Below are positions 1 through 9,939 of a DNA stretch of 62,524 nucleotides, piece by piece. A program made the translations under genes and the position numbers. The notes under the pieces were generated by a model, which ran no database searches, was not told where the DNA came from, and saw only the letters and a program-made list of their open reading frames with translations. Every line of letters starts with the position of its first letter. The stretch's first letter is position 1. The stretch is from Pseudoalteromonas sp. (lineage in GTDB: Bacteria; Pseudomonadota; Gammaproteobacteria; Enterobacterales; Alteromonadaceae): positions 1 to 62,524 of the forward strand of contig NZ_JBFJHD010000001.1 in the NCBI RefSeq assembly GCF_041613455.1, read 5' to 3'.

Positions 1-579
1 GGCGCTATTCGTTAAGTCGTTAAAGTTAATATGCGTTTTGGTGGCCAGTGGGTGTGAGGGCGGCGCAATGACACACATTTCATCGTGGCTAAAGACACTT
101 GAGATCAAATCAGGGTGGTGCGCTTGACCTTCTATCAGCGCTATGTCGAGTTCAAAGTCGTGTAGTTTTTGACAAATAAGTGCTGAATTTGAGATAAAGA
201 TTTGCTGTGAATAATGTTTTTCTTGTTCTCTAAAATCGCTCAGTAAAGTGGGGAGAATATGATTGCCAATAGTATCACTGGCGCCTATTTTTAATGCTCC
301 TGCTACCTGAGCATTATCGGTAAATAAAGCATCAATACTACTTGCCCTATTAAGCAATTCATCGGCTAAAGGCAGTAGTTTTTGCCCCTCTTGGTTTAAA
401 ATAAGTCGATGGTTGACGCGATCAAACAACGGGTGCCCCAACTGCTTTTCAAGCTCACTAAGTGCCATACTCACAGCTGCTTTAGATAAGCACAGTGATT
501 CGGCGGCAAGCGTTAGTGTGCTGTGCTGAGTAATACTGACAAACACATTAAGTTGTTTAAGTGAGATATTCACGGCCAT
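1..579 (-). CDS. LysR-family regulator, YeiE-like (3' end runs off window)
   Basis: Not in ORF track; read by hand from ATG at 579: MAVNISLKQLNVFVSITQHSTLTLAAESLCLSKAAVSMALSELEKQLGHPLFDR (LysR HTH), then LKIGASDTIGNHILP; frame open to base 1. Confidence 0.9.
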   Translation of the reverse strand, partial: MAVNISLKQLNVFVSITQHSTLTLAAESLCLSKAAVSMALSELEKQLGHPLFDRVNHRLILNQEGQKLLPLADELLNRASSIDALFTDNAQVAGALKIGASDTIGNHILPTLLSDFREQEKHYSQQIFISNSALICQKLHDFELDIALIEGQAHHPDLISSVFSHDEMCVIAPPSHPLATKTHINFNDLTNSA

Positions 580-702
580 AGTTAAAAAGTCAGCAGGCTA
601 TTTTAACGATTACAGCAGGCATGTTTAGCATTGCTGCGTCGTTACAATTAGCTTGTTTTAGTTGCATTATTGGCTTTTATAATAGCATTAATTAACGCAG
701 GA

Positions 703-735
703 AATTGACTATTTAATGCAGCTAAATAGTCAATT
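703..735. terminator. 13-bp AT-rich inverted repeat downstream of dadA (possible terminator or operator)
   Basis: aattgactattta-N7-taaatagtcaatt. Confidence 0.45.
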
Positions 736-842
736 AAGCTTGTGCCAGCGCTATACTTAAGCGCATATTATGCTGAAATTGCATTCAGTCAGTCGCATAC
801 AAGTCGCATTATCAACGTCGTTTACATACGCAGTACAGCGAG

Positions 843-2096
843 TTACGCATAGCGAAAAGAACTTAAGCCCCTGTTATCAATATCGGTTTCATTGCCCGAA
901 ACAATATCGGCCAGTAGCTTTCCTGAGCCGCATGCCATCGTCCAACCAAGTGTGCCATGGCCGGTATTAGTAAATAAATTAGCAATTTTTGTTTTACCTA
1001 TAATGGGGGTGCCATCTGGGGTCATTGGTCGTAGCCCGGTCCAATATTGGGCTTTAGCAAGATCGCCCGCGCGTGGAAATAAATCATCGGTCACCATGGC
1101 AATAGTTGCTTTACGCTTTGCGGCTATGTCTAAGTTAAATCCCGCTAATTCAGCAGTGCCCGCCACGCGAATGCGGTTATCAAACCGAGTAAGTGCCACT
1201 TTAAAGGTTTCATCCATCACTGTTGAGCGGGGGGCAAAGTCAGCATTGGTTATCGGTATTGTTAGCGAGTAACCTTTTACTGGATAGACAGGTAAATTAA
1301 CCCCGAGTGGTTTCAATAGCGGTGCAGAGTAGCTACCTAAGGCAACCACGTAAGCATCAGCACACAGCGTGCCTATTGACGTATTAACTGCGGTGATTTT
1401 TTCATTGTCAGTGACTAAATTATTTACTTGTACATTAAATTTAAAGGTCACGCCTGCCTGTTTGGCCAGTTCCGTAAGCTGTTGGCAAAACTGAAAACAA
1501 TCGCCGGTTTCATCATCAGGAAGGTGTAAGCCAGCCACTATTTTATTTTTCACAAATGCTAAACCGGGCTCCGTTTGCACGCACTCATCAACATTAAGTA
1601 GCTTAAAGCGGGTATCGCTATTTGCTAATAATTGCATATCTTTTTGCACCGCATCTACTTGCGATTGATTTCTAAATACCTGCAACGTACCCTGTTGGCG
1701 TCCTTCATAGGCGATAGCTTGTTGCTGGCGTAAATCGAGCAGGCATTGACGGCTGTAATTTGCAATGCGTAGCATTCTACTTTTATTGATTTGGTAATTT
1801 TTTTCACTGCAGTTTTTTAGCATTTGCGCCGTCCAGCAATACTGCTGCGGCGAGGTGCCTGGCTTTATAATCAATGGAGAGTGTTTTTGAGTTAACCATT
1901 TTAGTGCTTTTAATGGCACCCCTGGGGCCGCCCATGGTGATGAATAACCATAAGAAATTTGCCCTGCATTAGCAAAGCTAGTTTCTTCGCCGCTGCGCGC
2001 TTGGCGGTCAATAACGGTTACCTGGTGGCCCGCTTGGGCTAAATACCACGCAGAGGTTAAACCAACCACACCAGAGCCTAACACCATCACTTTCAT
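843..2096 (-). CDS. dadA: D-amino acid dehydrogenase
   Basis: GSGVVG FAD motif, ETSFANAGQIS, WTGLRPMTPDG, NTGHGTLGWTMACGS. Confidence 0.95.
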   Translation of the reverse strand: MKVMVLGSGVVGLTSAWYLAQAGHQVTVIDRQARSGEETSFANAGQISYGYSSPWAAPGVPLKALKWLTQKHSPLIIKPGTSPQQYCWTAQMLKNCSEKNYQINKSRMLRIANYSRQCLLDLRQQQAIAYEGRQQGTLQVFRNQSQVDAVQKDMQLLANSDTRFKLLNVDECVQTEPGLAFVKNKIVAGLHLPDDETGDCFQFCQQLTELAKQAGVTFKFNVQVNNLVTDNEKITAVNTSIGTLCADAYVVALGSYSAPLLKPLGVNLPVYPVKGYSLTIPITNADFAPRSTVMDETFKVALTRFDNRIRVAGTAELAGFNLDIAAKRKATIAMVTDDLFPRAGDLAKAQYWTGLRPMTPDGTPIIGKTKIANLFTNTGHGTLGWTMACGSGKLLADIVSGNETDIDNRGLSSFRYA

Positions 2097-2208
2097 ATCT
2101 ATGTTACTTTGCTAATAAAATATCAGTAGACAATGCAAAAAATTCATTTCTTTAGCAAACGATATTAATTAACATCAGTGTTTAGTTATTCTAAAGGCTG
2201 AGGTGGGC

Positions 2209-3135
2209 ATGGCATTATCAGGCAGTATATATTCTGGCTTAGTTACGTTTGAGGTGGCTGCTCGGTTAGGCAGTTTTACTAAAACCGCGGCACATTTAAA
2301 TATTACCACGGGGGCAATTAGCCAGCAGATAAACTTATTAGAGCAGCAATTGGCATTTAAATTATTTGAGCGCCACTCGCGCGGCATTGGCTTGACTGAG
2401 GATGGCAGGCAGCTTTATCAAGTGGTATCACATAACTTTGCAGCGATAGAGAGCGTTATTGATGATTTGCGTCAGGGACAATCGCCGGATGGCGAAATAA
2501 AGCTAAAGCTCACCCCCTCATTTGCCTATAAGTGGCTGATCCCTCGATTGCATAAGTTTTATAAGCTGTACCCAAATATAAGCATTCAAACCTATGCTGA
2601 AGGCGCTTTAGTTGATCATCAAGATAGTAACTTTGATTTGACCATAGATTATGGGCAATCACCTTACGCCAACCCTAGTGCCGAGCTATTGCTGAACGAA
2701 CAACTAATTCCGGTGATGAGCCCAAGTTACTTTAAGCGCTTTGACTGGCAAGATAGCACGTTAGCAAATCAACAGCGCATTTGGCAGTCTATCACCTTAT
2801 TGCATGATGCGATGCCATGGCGACATGCAAAAAAACATGCAGAATGGCGCTATTGGTTTACGCAAATGAACATTCAGGCTGAAAGTAATCAAGGGCATTT
2901 TTTTAATCGTACTGATATGGCAATGGCGGCTGCAGAGGCGGGGTTAGGGGTTGCACTGGCGCGCTATGCGTTAATCGCTGACGACTTTAAACAAGGGCGC
3001 CTCACATCCCCCTTTAAACCTATCAACGCGCATACCGGGTATTACATTATTCAGCATCGCTCATCTGCAATAATCGAATGCTTTAAATCATGGCTGTTAA
3101 CGCAAGGAAAAGTGATAAACACAGAGGGAGAATAA
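2209..3135 (+). CDS. LysR-family regulator, GcvA/DsdC-like, divergent from dadA
   Basis: FEVAARLGSFTKTAAHLNITTGAISQQI HTH; SFAYKWLIPRLHKF; ATG 2209 follows GAGGTG (ORF track starts at GTG 2203). Confidence 0.9.
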   Translation: MALSGSIYSGLVTFEVAARLGSFTKTAAHLNITTGAISQQINLLEQQLAFKLFERHSRGIGLTEDGRQLYQVVSHNFAAIESVIDDLRQGQSPDGEIKLKLTPSFAYKWLIPRLHKFYKLYPNISIQTYAEGALVDHQDSNFDLTIDYGQSPYANPSAELLLNEQLIPVMSPSYFKRFDWQDSTLANQQRIWQSITLLHDAMPWRHAKKHAEWRYWFTQMNIQAESNQGHFFNRTDMAMAAAEAGLGVALARYALIADDFKQGRLTSPFKPINAHTGYYIIQHRSSAIIECFKSWLLTQGKVINTEGE

Positions 3136-3271
3136 ACAAACGGCACAGAGGGGCTTAGTCTTATTTTATCAGCCTATCGCGCGTTGTTTAATAGCCACCG
3201 CTTAGGCAATGTTTTCGAGCGTAATCAATAGGGCGAATGTTACGCTGTGAGTAGTACGTTGTTGGTTTTGT

Positions 3272-3319
3272 GTTTATAATTTTTGAACGCTTGTTTTGTT
3301 TTATTAGATTTAACTTAAC
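3272..3319. promoter_or_regulatory. Two LysR-type T-N11-A dyads upstream of TDT transporter
   Basis: GTTTA-N7-TGAAC (3272-3288) and ATTAG-N7-TTAAC (3303-3319). Confidence 0.35.
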
Positions 3320-3373
3320 AGATTACCCGCATATACTTTAATTAAATAAGGTAAGTGAGTTTGGAGTTACGTC

Positions 3374-4339
3374 ATGTTTAATAGTATAAAATGCAAAGTA
3401 AAAGCTGCACCCACGGCTATGAGTGGCTTAGCATTAGGGATTGCTAGCCTTGGTTGGGCATGGGAAAGCGTAATCAATGCTAACGGTTATAGCCAGTATC
3501 TAGGTGCGGCTTTGGCAGCTGTGTTACTGGCGATGCTAAGTATTAAATTTGTGTTACATCCGCGTTTATTAATCGCTGATTTAGCGCATCCAGTAGTGGG
3601 GAGCGTGATACCTACTTTTGCGATGGCGACTATGGTGATTGCTAACGCGGTCGGGCAATTTAATCCCGTGCTGGGAGATGCGCTTTGGGTGCTCGCCTTT
3701 ATGTTGCATTTAAGCTTTCTGAGTAGTTTTGTATACCATCGTACTCGTGATTTTAAACTAGAGCATATGGTGCCAAGCTGGTTTGTGCCCCCGGTTGGTA
3801 TAATTGTGGCGGATGTGACTTTTTCAGGCAATGCTGCTTTAGCGTGGTTGGCACAAGGGGCATTGGTATTTGGCATGGTCATTTACGCGATTATGTTGCC
3901 TATCATGATTTACCGTATTATTTTTGCTACACAAATACCCGATGCGGCGCAGCCAACGCTAGCTATTTTAGCGGCCCCGGCAAGCTTATCGTTAGCAGGG
4001 TACTTCACGGTCGTTGAGAGCCCATCCCCGCTAATTGTCGGCTTATTATTTGGGATTGCGGTGTTGATGACCTTTATTATTTATGTGGCATTTTTTAACT
4101 TACTGCGCCGCCCATTTTGCCCAGGCTTTGCCGCGTTTACTTTTCCTATGGTAATCGGGGCCACGGCACTCTTTAAAATGGCGGAGTGGATGCTAACCTT
4201 GCAAGTAAATACACAGTATATAAACCAAATACAGTGTTTAGCAGTCGTCGAATTGCTCATTGCCACTGCGGTTGTCGGGTATGTTGCTGTGCGTTATCTC
4301 GGGCACTTTAGTCCGTTCACAGCGAAGCAGGTAGGGTAA
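3374..4339 (+). CDS. TDT/SLAC1-family transporter (tellurite/dicarboxylate/sulfite efflux family)
   Basis: About 10 TM segments; PSWFVPPVGI, LAILAAPASL, AAFTFPMVI motifs. Confidence 0.88.
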   Translation: MFNSIKCKVKAAPTAMSGLALGIASLGWAWESVINANGYSQYLGAALAAVLLAMLSIKFVLHPRLLIADLAHPVVGSVIPTFAMATMVIANAVGQFNPVLGDALWVLAFMLHLSFLSSFVYHRTRDFKLEHMVPSWFVPPVGIIVADVTFSGNAALAWLAQGALVFGMVIYAIMLPIMIYRIIFATQIPDAAQPTLAILAAPASLSLAGYFTVVESPSPLIVGLLFGIAVLMTFIIYVAFFNLLRRPFCPGFAAFTFPMVIGATALFKMAEWMLTLQVNTQYINQIQCLAVVELLIATAVVGYVAVRYLGHFSPFTAKQVG

Positions 4340-4343
4340 ATAA

Positions 4344-4369
4344 AATAAGCGCCGTAACCGGCGCTTATT
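4344..4369. terminator. Bidirectional intrinsic terminator
   Basis: aataagcgccg-taac-cggcgcttatt between convergent genes. Confidence 0.8.
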
Positions 4370-4538
4370 GTTGCTCTAAATTTACTGCCGTTTCCACTTC
4401 AGCCGTTAGTTGTTGTGCAGCAAGCTTTTCACGTTCAGCTTTTGAAATATAAGCAGGTTTACTGCTTTTATGCAGTTTAGCGTTGGCACGCTTGTCTTTC
4501 TTTTGAAATTTGGTAACAATTTTTTTGCGGCGGTTCAT
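4365..4538 (-). CDS. DUF2986-family small basic protein (57 aa)
   Basis: Not in ORF track; MNRRKKIVTKFQKKDKRANAKLHKSSKPAYISKAEREKLAAQQLTAEVETAVNLEQQ; ANAKLH..KP.YISKAER is the family signature as I recall it. Confidence 0.85.
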   Translation of the reverse strand: MNRRKKIVTKFQKKDKRANAKLHKSSKPAYISKAEREKLAAQQLTAEVETAVNLEQQ

Positions 4539-4712
4539 AGTTAATACTCATCATGTTAAGGGGCGTATTATATCGCAGCTAATGTAAAAGCAACTAATTA
4601 AATATGAAGCTATTTCACTGACACTGATGTGGCTTTATCGCAAAGCGCTGTAGATAGGTTGTAGATAAGGTTATAGTTGCGTTTATGAGTGATTAATTAA
4701 CTGGAAATTGTT

Positions 4713-6200
4713 TTGCAAAAATTAGCTTTAGCCTGCGCTGCGTTATTATCGTTTCATGTTGATGCCCAATTAAATAAACGCGTTGAAGATATTGCCGAAT
4801 ACGCGGTAAATACTTATCAAACAACCCAAGTGCATACGCTCACTAACTTAGTCTCTTTTCCTACGGTAAATAAAGCAACGGTAAAAGCACCGCAAAACCC
4901 CGACTTTATCGGCTTTAAAGCCTTATTAAAAATGAAGGCCGCCGAGCTTGGGTTTGATTATCAAGACTTAGGTTATACGGTACTTATCGGTATGGGGGAG
5001 CAAAGTGAAAAAGTGACGATTGTAACCCATGGCGACGTACAACCCGCTAATGCGAGTAAGTGGCAACAAAGCCCATTTATTATTGATACGTCAGAGCCGG
5101 GCAAGTTAATTGGTCGTGGCACCGAAGATGACAAAGGCGCTATTGCCACCGCACTGTATGCAATGAAAGCGATTAAAGATAACAACATCAGTTTAAACAA
5201 TCGCATTGAACTGATGATTTACCTTGCTGAGGAGTCTGACTGGGGCCCACTGCAAGAATTTATGAAACGCTATTCGCAGCCTAAGTATGCAGTGACTATT
5301 GATGCCTCTTACCCGGTGGTGGTGGCTGAAAAAGGCTGGAGCTTAATCGCCCCGACTTTTGCAAGCACTTCAGACCAATCAGGGGTATACGTGAGTGATG
5401 TGACAGGCGGTGCGTTTGCCAGCCAAATCCCAGAAGATGCGAGCTTAGTACTACATAATGCAAGCACTGAGTTAGTTGCGCAGCTTAAACAAAAGGCCAC
5501 TACACTGAAGCAAGTAGAATATACTTTTACTGAGCAAAACGGCGGCGTTTTAATTAGTGTGAAAGGCCGGTCGGCGCATTCATCTGAGCCCGAGTCTGGT
5601 GATAACGCGATTGCTTATTTAGCTGAAATATTTAGAGGCATTGAACTTGAAAATAACAGTGATGGCCAGCTAATTAAATTTGTAAATCAGCTGATTGGCC
5701 TAGATATACACGGTAAACAATTTGGTGATATTGCCTATCAGCATGATTTTATGGGGCCGATGACCGTGGCGCCGACGGTAATAGAGCGTGATGGTAATAA
5801 ATTAACCCTTGTGGTGAATGCTCGACGCCCGATGGGCAAAGATGAAAGCTTACTGCAGCAGCAAATTGAAACGGCGTTAACCCAGTGGCAAAGCCACAAC
5901 CAAGTGACACTGCAGGGTATAAAAGTTTCTATCGGCACGCCTATGTTGCTCGATAATGCGCCGCATGCGCAAAAGCTACTTGATATTTTTAAACATTTTA
6001 CTGGCGATAAAGACGCGGGCTTTGTTTCAATTGGTGGCGGCACTAATGCTAAATTGTTCAATAACGCGGTGTCGTTTGGCCCATCAATGCCGGGTAAGCG
6101 TTACACTGGCCATTCTGAGCATGAGTTTATAACGCTTGAGCAATTAGAGCTTAATTTGCGGATGTACACCGCAATGATGATTGAACTGGGTAATATGTAG
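4713..6200 (+). CDS. Secreted M20-family dipeptidase (PepV/Sapep-like)
   Basis: Signal peptide; THGDVQP, GRGTEDDKG, AEES, GHSEHE metal motifs. Confidence 0.88.
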   Translation: MQKLALACAALLSFHVDAQLNKRVEDIAEYAVNTYQTTQVHTLTNLVSFPTVNKATVKAPQNPDFIGFKALLKMKAAELGFDYQDLGYTVLIGMGEQSEKVTIVTHGDVQPANASKWQQSPFIIDTSEPGKLIGRGTEDDKGAIATALYAMKAIKDNNISLNNRIELMIYLAEESDWGPLQEFMKRYSQPKYAVTIDASYPVVVAEKGWSLIAPTFASTSDQSGVYVSDVTGGAFASQIPEDASLVLHNASTELVAQLKQKATTLKQVEYTFTEQNGGVLISVKGRSAHSSEPESGDNAIAYLAEIFRGIELENNSDGQLIKFVNQLIGLDIHGKQFGDIAYQHDFMGPMTVAPTVIERDGNKLTLVVNARRPMGKDESLLQQQIETALTQWQSHNQVTLQGIKVSIGTPMLLDNAPHAQKLLDIFKHFTGDKDAGFVSIGGGTNAKLFNNAVSFGPSMPGKRYTGHSEHEFITLEQLELNLRMYTAMMIELGNM

Positions 6201-6202
6201 CC

Positions 6203-6241
6203 TAAATTAGATGCCAGCGTGATAAGCTGGCATCTAATTTA
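6203..6241. terminator. Bidirectional terminator
   Basis: taaattagatgccagc-N7-gctggcatctaattta. Confidence 0.8.
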
Positions 6242-6263
6242 TTATTACGTTTTCAAACTCAGC

Positions 6264-6704
6264 TTAAAAACTTGTTTGCAAGTTTGCTGTAAGTGATATT
6301 TCGGCGTTCATTAATTTGGAAATAGGGCAGGTGTTTTTCGTTTTTTCACATAGAACCTGAAATTGCTCATCTGAAATGTCATCGATTTTAGCATTCACTT
6401 CAAGTGCAATGTGGGTGACGGCAAAGCCATCGTCTACCTCATCTAAACTTACCACAGCTTCGGTATCAATGTTATCAGCGGTAAATCCGGCTTCTCCAAG
6501 CTCAAGTGATAACGCCATACTAAAGCAAGCGCTATGCGCAGCGGCAACTAATTCCTCGGGGTTTGACCCTGGCTTGTCTTCAAAACGGGTATTAAAGCCA
6601 AATGGTTGCTGTTGTAACGCGCCACTTTGAGTCGAAATACTCCCTTTACCCGTTTTAATGGCACCAGACCATGAGGATTTAGCCGATTTTTTTATAGTCA
6701 TCAT
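6264..6704 (-). CDS. osmC: OsmC peroxiredoxin
   Basis: FNTRFE..GSNPEELVAAAHSACFSMAL...CPIS; start moved to MMTIKK after AGGAGA. Confidence 0.92.
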   Translation of the reverse strand: MMTIKKSAKSSWSGAIKTGKGSISTQSGALQQQPFGFNTRFEDKPGSNPEELVAAAHSACFSMALSLELGEAGFTADNIDTEAVVSLDEVDDGFAVTHIALEVNAKIDDISDEQFQVLCEKTKNTCPISKLMNAEISLTANLQTSF

Positions 6705-6884
6705 TTTCTCCTTGTTACGAGTCATGTAATTTTTTCAGTGTTGTCATCGATTATGAGTAAAATAAACCGACATTGACGCAAAAATTCATGTGCTAACTAA
6801 CCCGCTGCAAGAACAGCGCCAATGGCTATTTATTGCCTTTCAGCACGGTATACAATAAAGCAGGCGTTGCTCATTGTGTTGCAA

Positions 6885-8186
6885 CTATTTTGTTTGCGGT
6901 AAAAAGAACGCACTGATAGCACCTATAAAACCAAGCACACTGTAGAGTAAAATAAGCTCAGCGGTTGATACAAATGATTCCAACAAGCCAATACTGCCTA
7001 GCATCAAGAGTAAAATACCAATAACGGTATTACTGACCGACACATAGTCGGTGCGTTTGTTTCCCTCTGCCATATCGACAAGGTAAGTTTTGCGTCCTAA
7101 ACGCACACCCTGATGCGCAACCGAGAGTAAAAAGTACAACATTGGCATCAGCCACCAATTAAGCAGCAGATCGCCATACCAAGTAGCAATAACAAATACA
7201 GCCAGCCCATTAATAGTGACCAAAACGGCACTGAGTACCAGCACTCGTTGGCTAGATAAGTCGCTTAAGCGCCCCCAGATAGGCGCAGAGACTAAACTAG
7301 CAAAGCCTGAAACGGCAATAAAGGTGGCAAGTAACGAAAATTCAAACGACTGTTTACTGGCTAAAATAATATAAAATGGGGCACTTAGGGCTGAGCAAAG
7401 CAGTAACGCTCGAGTAATGACAAAATGAGCAAATTGTGTGTCTTGGTATAAAATTCTCAACTTCGCAAGTGCATGCAACAGGCCATTGTTAGCCCCTTCG
7501 GTGGCGCCGCTATACTCGTTAATTTGTGCGTAAAAAAATGCGGCAATGAGCCACATAAAAGCACCCAGTAATAACGCGGTGATCACTATGTCTTGATCTT
7601 TTTGCTGTGAAAAAAACCACATCATTAAGCCAAACGTTAAGGTGGCAAAGCCTGCAATACTTGCAGCAAGCCCACTAAGGTTACCACGTTGTTGTTTAGG
7701 AATAACCTTGCCCAGCACATCTTTTGCGGCCACGGAATTAAAGCCTCTGGCCAAGCTAAATAAAATTAATAGGCTAATAATGGCGTAGCCTGCTGGTGTA
7801 CCTTGGAGTGTAAAAGCCACCCCGACCATAGCTAAAATACACAGCGATTGCACACAAGCACCTATTACCCATACCCATTTACGAATAGGAAGTTTGCGCA
7901 CAAAACTGGCAATTGCCAATTGCGGTAGCATTGAACCTGACTCTCTAATGGGCACCAGCCACGCAATAAAACTTGCCGGTACGTTTAAGCTTTGCATTAA
8001 CCATGGCAAGGTGATTTTAGGGTTCAGTAAGGCATCGGCAAATTTACTAAACAGCTGACTGAATAGTAAAATAATAAAGTTGCCAGGGACTTGCCGACAG
8101 GCGTTGGCATCTATTGCTTTACAGGCGCGCGCGTCTTCTTCATTGCTTAAACGTTTATATATTTGCTCTTTATTCAGCTTTTTCAC
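6885..8186 (-). CDS. MFS transporter of unknown substrate
   Basis: About 12 TM segments; WGRLSDLSSQR loop; LVPIRESGSMLPQL. Confidence 0.8.
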   Translation of the reverse strand: MKKLNKEQIYKRLSNEEDARACKAIDANACRQVPGNFIILLFSQLFSKFADALLNPKITLPWLMQSLNVPASFIAWLVPIRESGSMLPQLAIASFVRKLPIRKWVWVIGACVQSLCILAMVGVAFTLQGTPAGYAIISLLILFSLARGFNSVAAKDVLGKVIPKQQRGNLSGLAASIAGFATLTFGLMMWFFSQQKDQDIVITALLLGAFMWLIAAFFYAQINEYSGATEGANNGLLHALAKLRILYQDTQFAHFVITRALLLCSALSAPFYIILASKQSFEFSLLATFIAVSGFASLVSAPIWGRLSDLSSQRVLVLSAVLVTINGLAVFVIATWYGDLLLNWWLMPMLYFLLSVAHQGVRLGRKTYLVDMAEGNKRTDYVSVSNTVIGILLLMLGSIGLLESFVSTAELILLYSVLGFIGAISAFFLPQTK

Positions 8187-8340
8187 AATCGGTTACCCAA
8201 GTAAAATAACGCTATATTTAAATTTACGACTGTTCGACAGCGCGTGCAGATATTGTGCGGTAAATTAAAGTTAATCAAAAGCAAGTGGTATTAACCCTAA
8301 AATTTACAACACAGAGGGGCCATAACAGGGCGTTATAGGT

Positions 8341-8378
8341 AACAGCAAAAAATCAGCGCACGCTGATTTTTTGCTGTT
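8341..8378. terminator. Intrinsic terminator after yghU
   Basis: aacagcaaaaaatcagcg-ca-cgctgattttttgctgtt. Confidence 0.8.
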
Positions 8379-8384
8379 GTGTAA

Positions 8385-9227
8385 TCAATTAAAGTCGCTT
8401 GCATCGTGGCGCTCTGGCATTTGTTCTGCTTCAGGCCCCCAGATACGATTCACTCGGCGGCCACGTTTTACCGCAGGTCGCTCTGATATTTGTTTGGCCC
8501 AGCGCTGTACGTGCGTATATGAGGCAACATCTAAAAACTCTGCGGCATCGTACAAGTTACCAAGTACTAAAGAGCCATACCACGGCCAAATAGCGATATC
8601 GGCTATTGAGTATTCATCGCCCGCCATGTATTCATGCGCGCTTAAGTGGCGGTTTAATACATCAAGTTGGCGTTTGGTTTCCATGGTGAAGCGGTCTATC
8701 GGATATTGCATTTTGCTGGGTGCATAGCTGTAAAAGTGACCAAAGCCACCGCCTAAATAGGGCGCCGAACCCATTTGCCAAAATAACCAATTGCGGCACT
8801 CTGTTTTGGCTTTAAAGTCTGTGGGGACTAAAGCACTAAATTTTTCAGCTAAGTATTGCAATATAGCACCGGACTCAAAGATGCGCGTAGGCGGGCTGGT
8901 GGAATGATCCATTAACGCTGGAATTTTTGAATTTGGATTAATCGCCACAAAGTCACTGCCAAATTGATCACCTTGGTTAATATCAATTAAATAGGCGTCG
9001 TACTCGGCAGCGGTTAACCCCAGCTCTAATAGCTCCTCAAACATAATGGCCGCTTTTTGACCGTTAGGTGTTGCCAAAGAATACAGCTGAAAAGTATGTT
9101 TACCAATTGGCAAGGTTTGCTCATGTGTAGCCCCTGCGATGGGGCGATTAATACTCGCAAACTTACCGCCACTTCCATTTTCCCAGCGCCATACTTTTGC
9201 TGGCGTATACGTATCTTGATCACTCAT
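8385..9227 (-). CDS. yghU: Glutathione-dependent disulfide oxidoreductase (Nu-class GST)
   Basis: LYSLATPNGQK, INPNSKIPAL, IFESGAIL, ERHDASDF; start moved to MSDQDTY after GAGG. Confidence 0.93.
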   Translation of the reverse strand: MSDQDTYTPAKVWRWENGSGGKFASINRPIAGATHEQTLPIGKHTFQLYSLATPNGQKAAIMFEELLELGLTAAEYDAYLIDINQGDQFGSDFVAINPNSKIPALMDHSTSPPTRIFESGAILQYLAEKFSALVPTDFKAKTECRNWLFWQMGSAPYLGGGFGHFYSYAPSKMQYPIDRFTMETKRQLDVLNRHLSAHEYMAGDEYSIADIAIWPWYGSLVLGNLYDAAEFLDVASYTHVQRWAKQISERPAVKRGRRVNRIWGPEAEQMPERHDASDFN

Positions 9228-9255
9228 AAATAACCTCAATGAATATTGATTACAG

Positions 9256-9837
9256 TTACCGACTTTTACGTTTGTCGGCTTTTGCAAGTTTATACCCTAA
9301 AAGTAGCCCACTGATTGCGCCAAACATGTGGCTTTCAAACGATACATAAAAACGTTGTGGTAGTACCCCCCAAATAAAGCCACTGTAAAGTGCAGCCACC
9401 ACCACAGCGATAATAATTGATTTAAATGAGCGCCTCACTATGCCATAACACAATATAAAGCCCCACAGACCATAAATGACACCGCTTAAGCCTAAATGAA
9501 AGCTGCTACGCGCAAACAGCCAAACTAAAAGCCCTCCCAGTAACGCTGTCACCACAAACACCGTATAAAAACGCTTTACGCTGTACTGGCAAATTAACCA
9601 ACTTAACACTATAAAGGGCAGCATATTACTTGCAAAATGCCACCAACTACCATGTAAAAATGGCGCACAAAGAATGCCAACGAGCCCTGTAATACTGCGT
9701 GGGTAAATGCCGAAACCATGCAGGTTAATACCCGGTAAGCTATTGATAAGTTGCAATACAAAGCACAGCATCACAATGCTTACAATAGCAAAGCGGGTAC
9801 TGTTGAGAGGTAAAGCTGCGCGTGGTTTCGCGGCCAT
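9256..9837 (-). CDS. Rhomboid-family intramembrane serine protease
   Basis: HGSWWHFASN, GLSGVIYG (catalytic Ser), SHMFGAISG (catalytic His). Confidence 0.9.
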   Translation of the reverse strand: MAAKPRAALPLNSTRFAIVSIVMLCFVLQLINSLPGINLHGFGIYPRSITGLVGILCAPFLHGSWWHFASNMLPFIVLSWLICQYSVKRFYTVFVVTALLGGLLVWLFARSSFHLGLSGVIYGLWGFILCYGIVRRSFKSIIIAVVVAALYSGFIWGVLPQRFYVSFESHMFGAISGLLLGYKLAKADKRKSR

Positions 9838-9890
9838 AATGTCGTCCTAGTTAACTACAAGAAAGGCCAGTATAGGAGTTGTTGTTAACA

Positions 9891-9924
9891 ATGAAAAGCA
9901 CAGCTTAATTGCTGTGCTTTTCAT
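9891..9924. terminator. Intrinsic terminator after DJ-1/PfpI gene
   Basis: atgaaaagcacagc-ttaatt-gctgtgcttttcat. Confidence 0.75.
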
Positions 9925-9939
9925 GGTGATTAATGTTAA

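Noticed and set aside
788-830. Short AGTCGCAT direct repeats downstream of dadA
   Set aside because: Only two exact copies of 8 bp, compatible with chance; not CRISPR or att-like.
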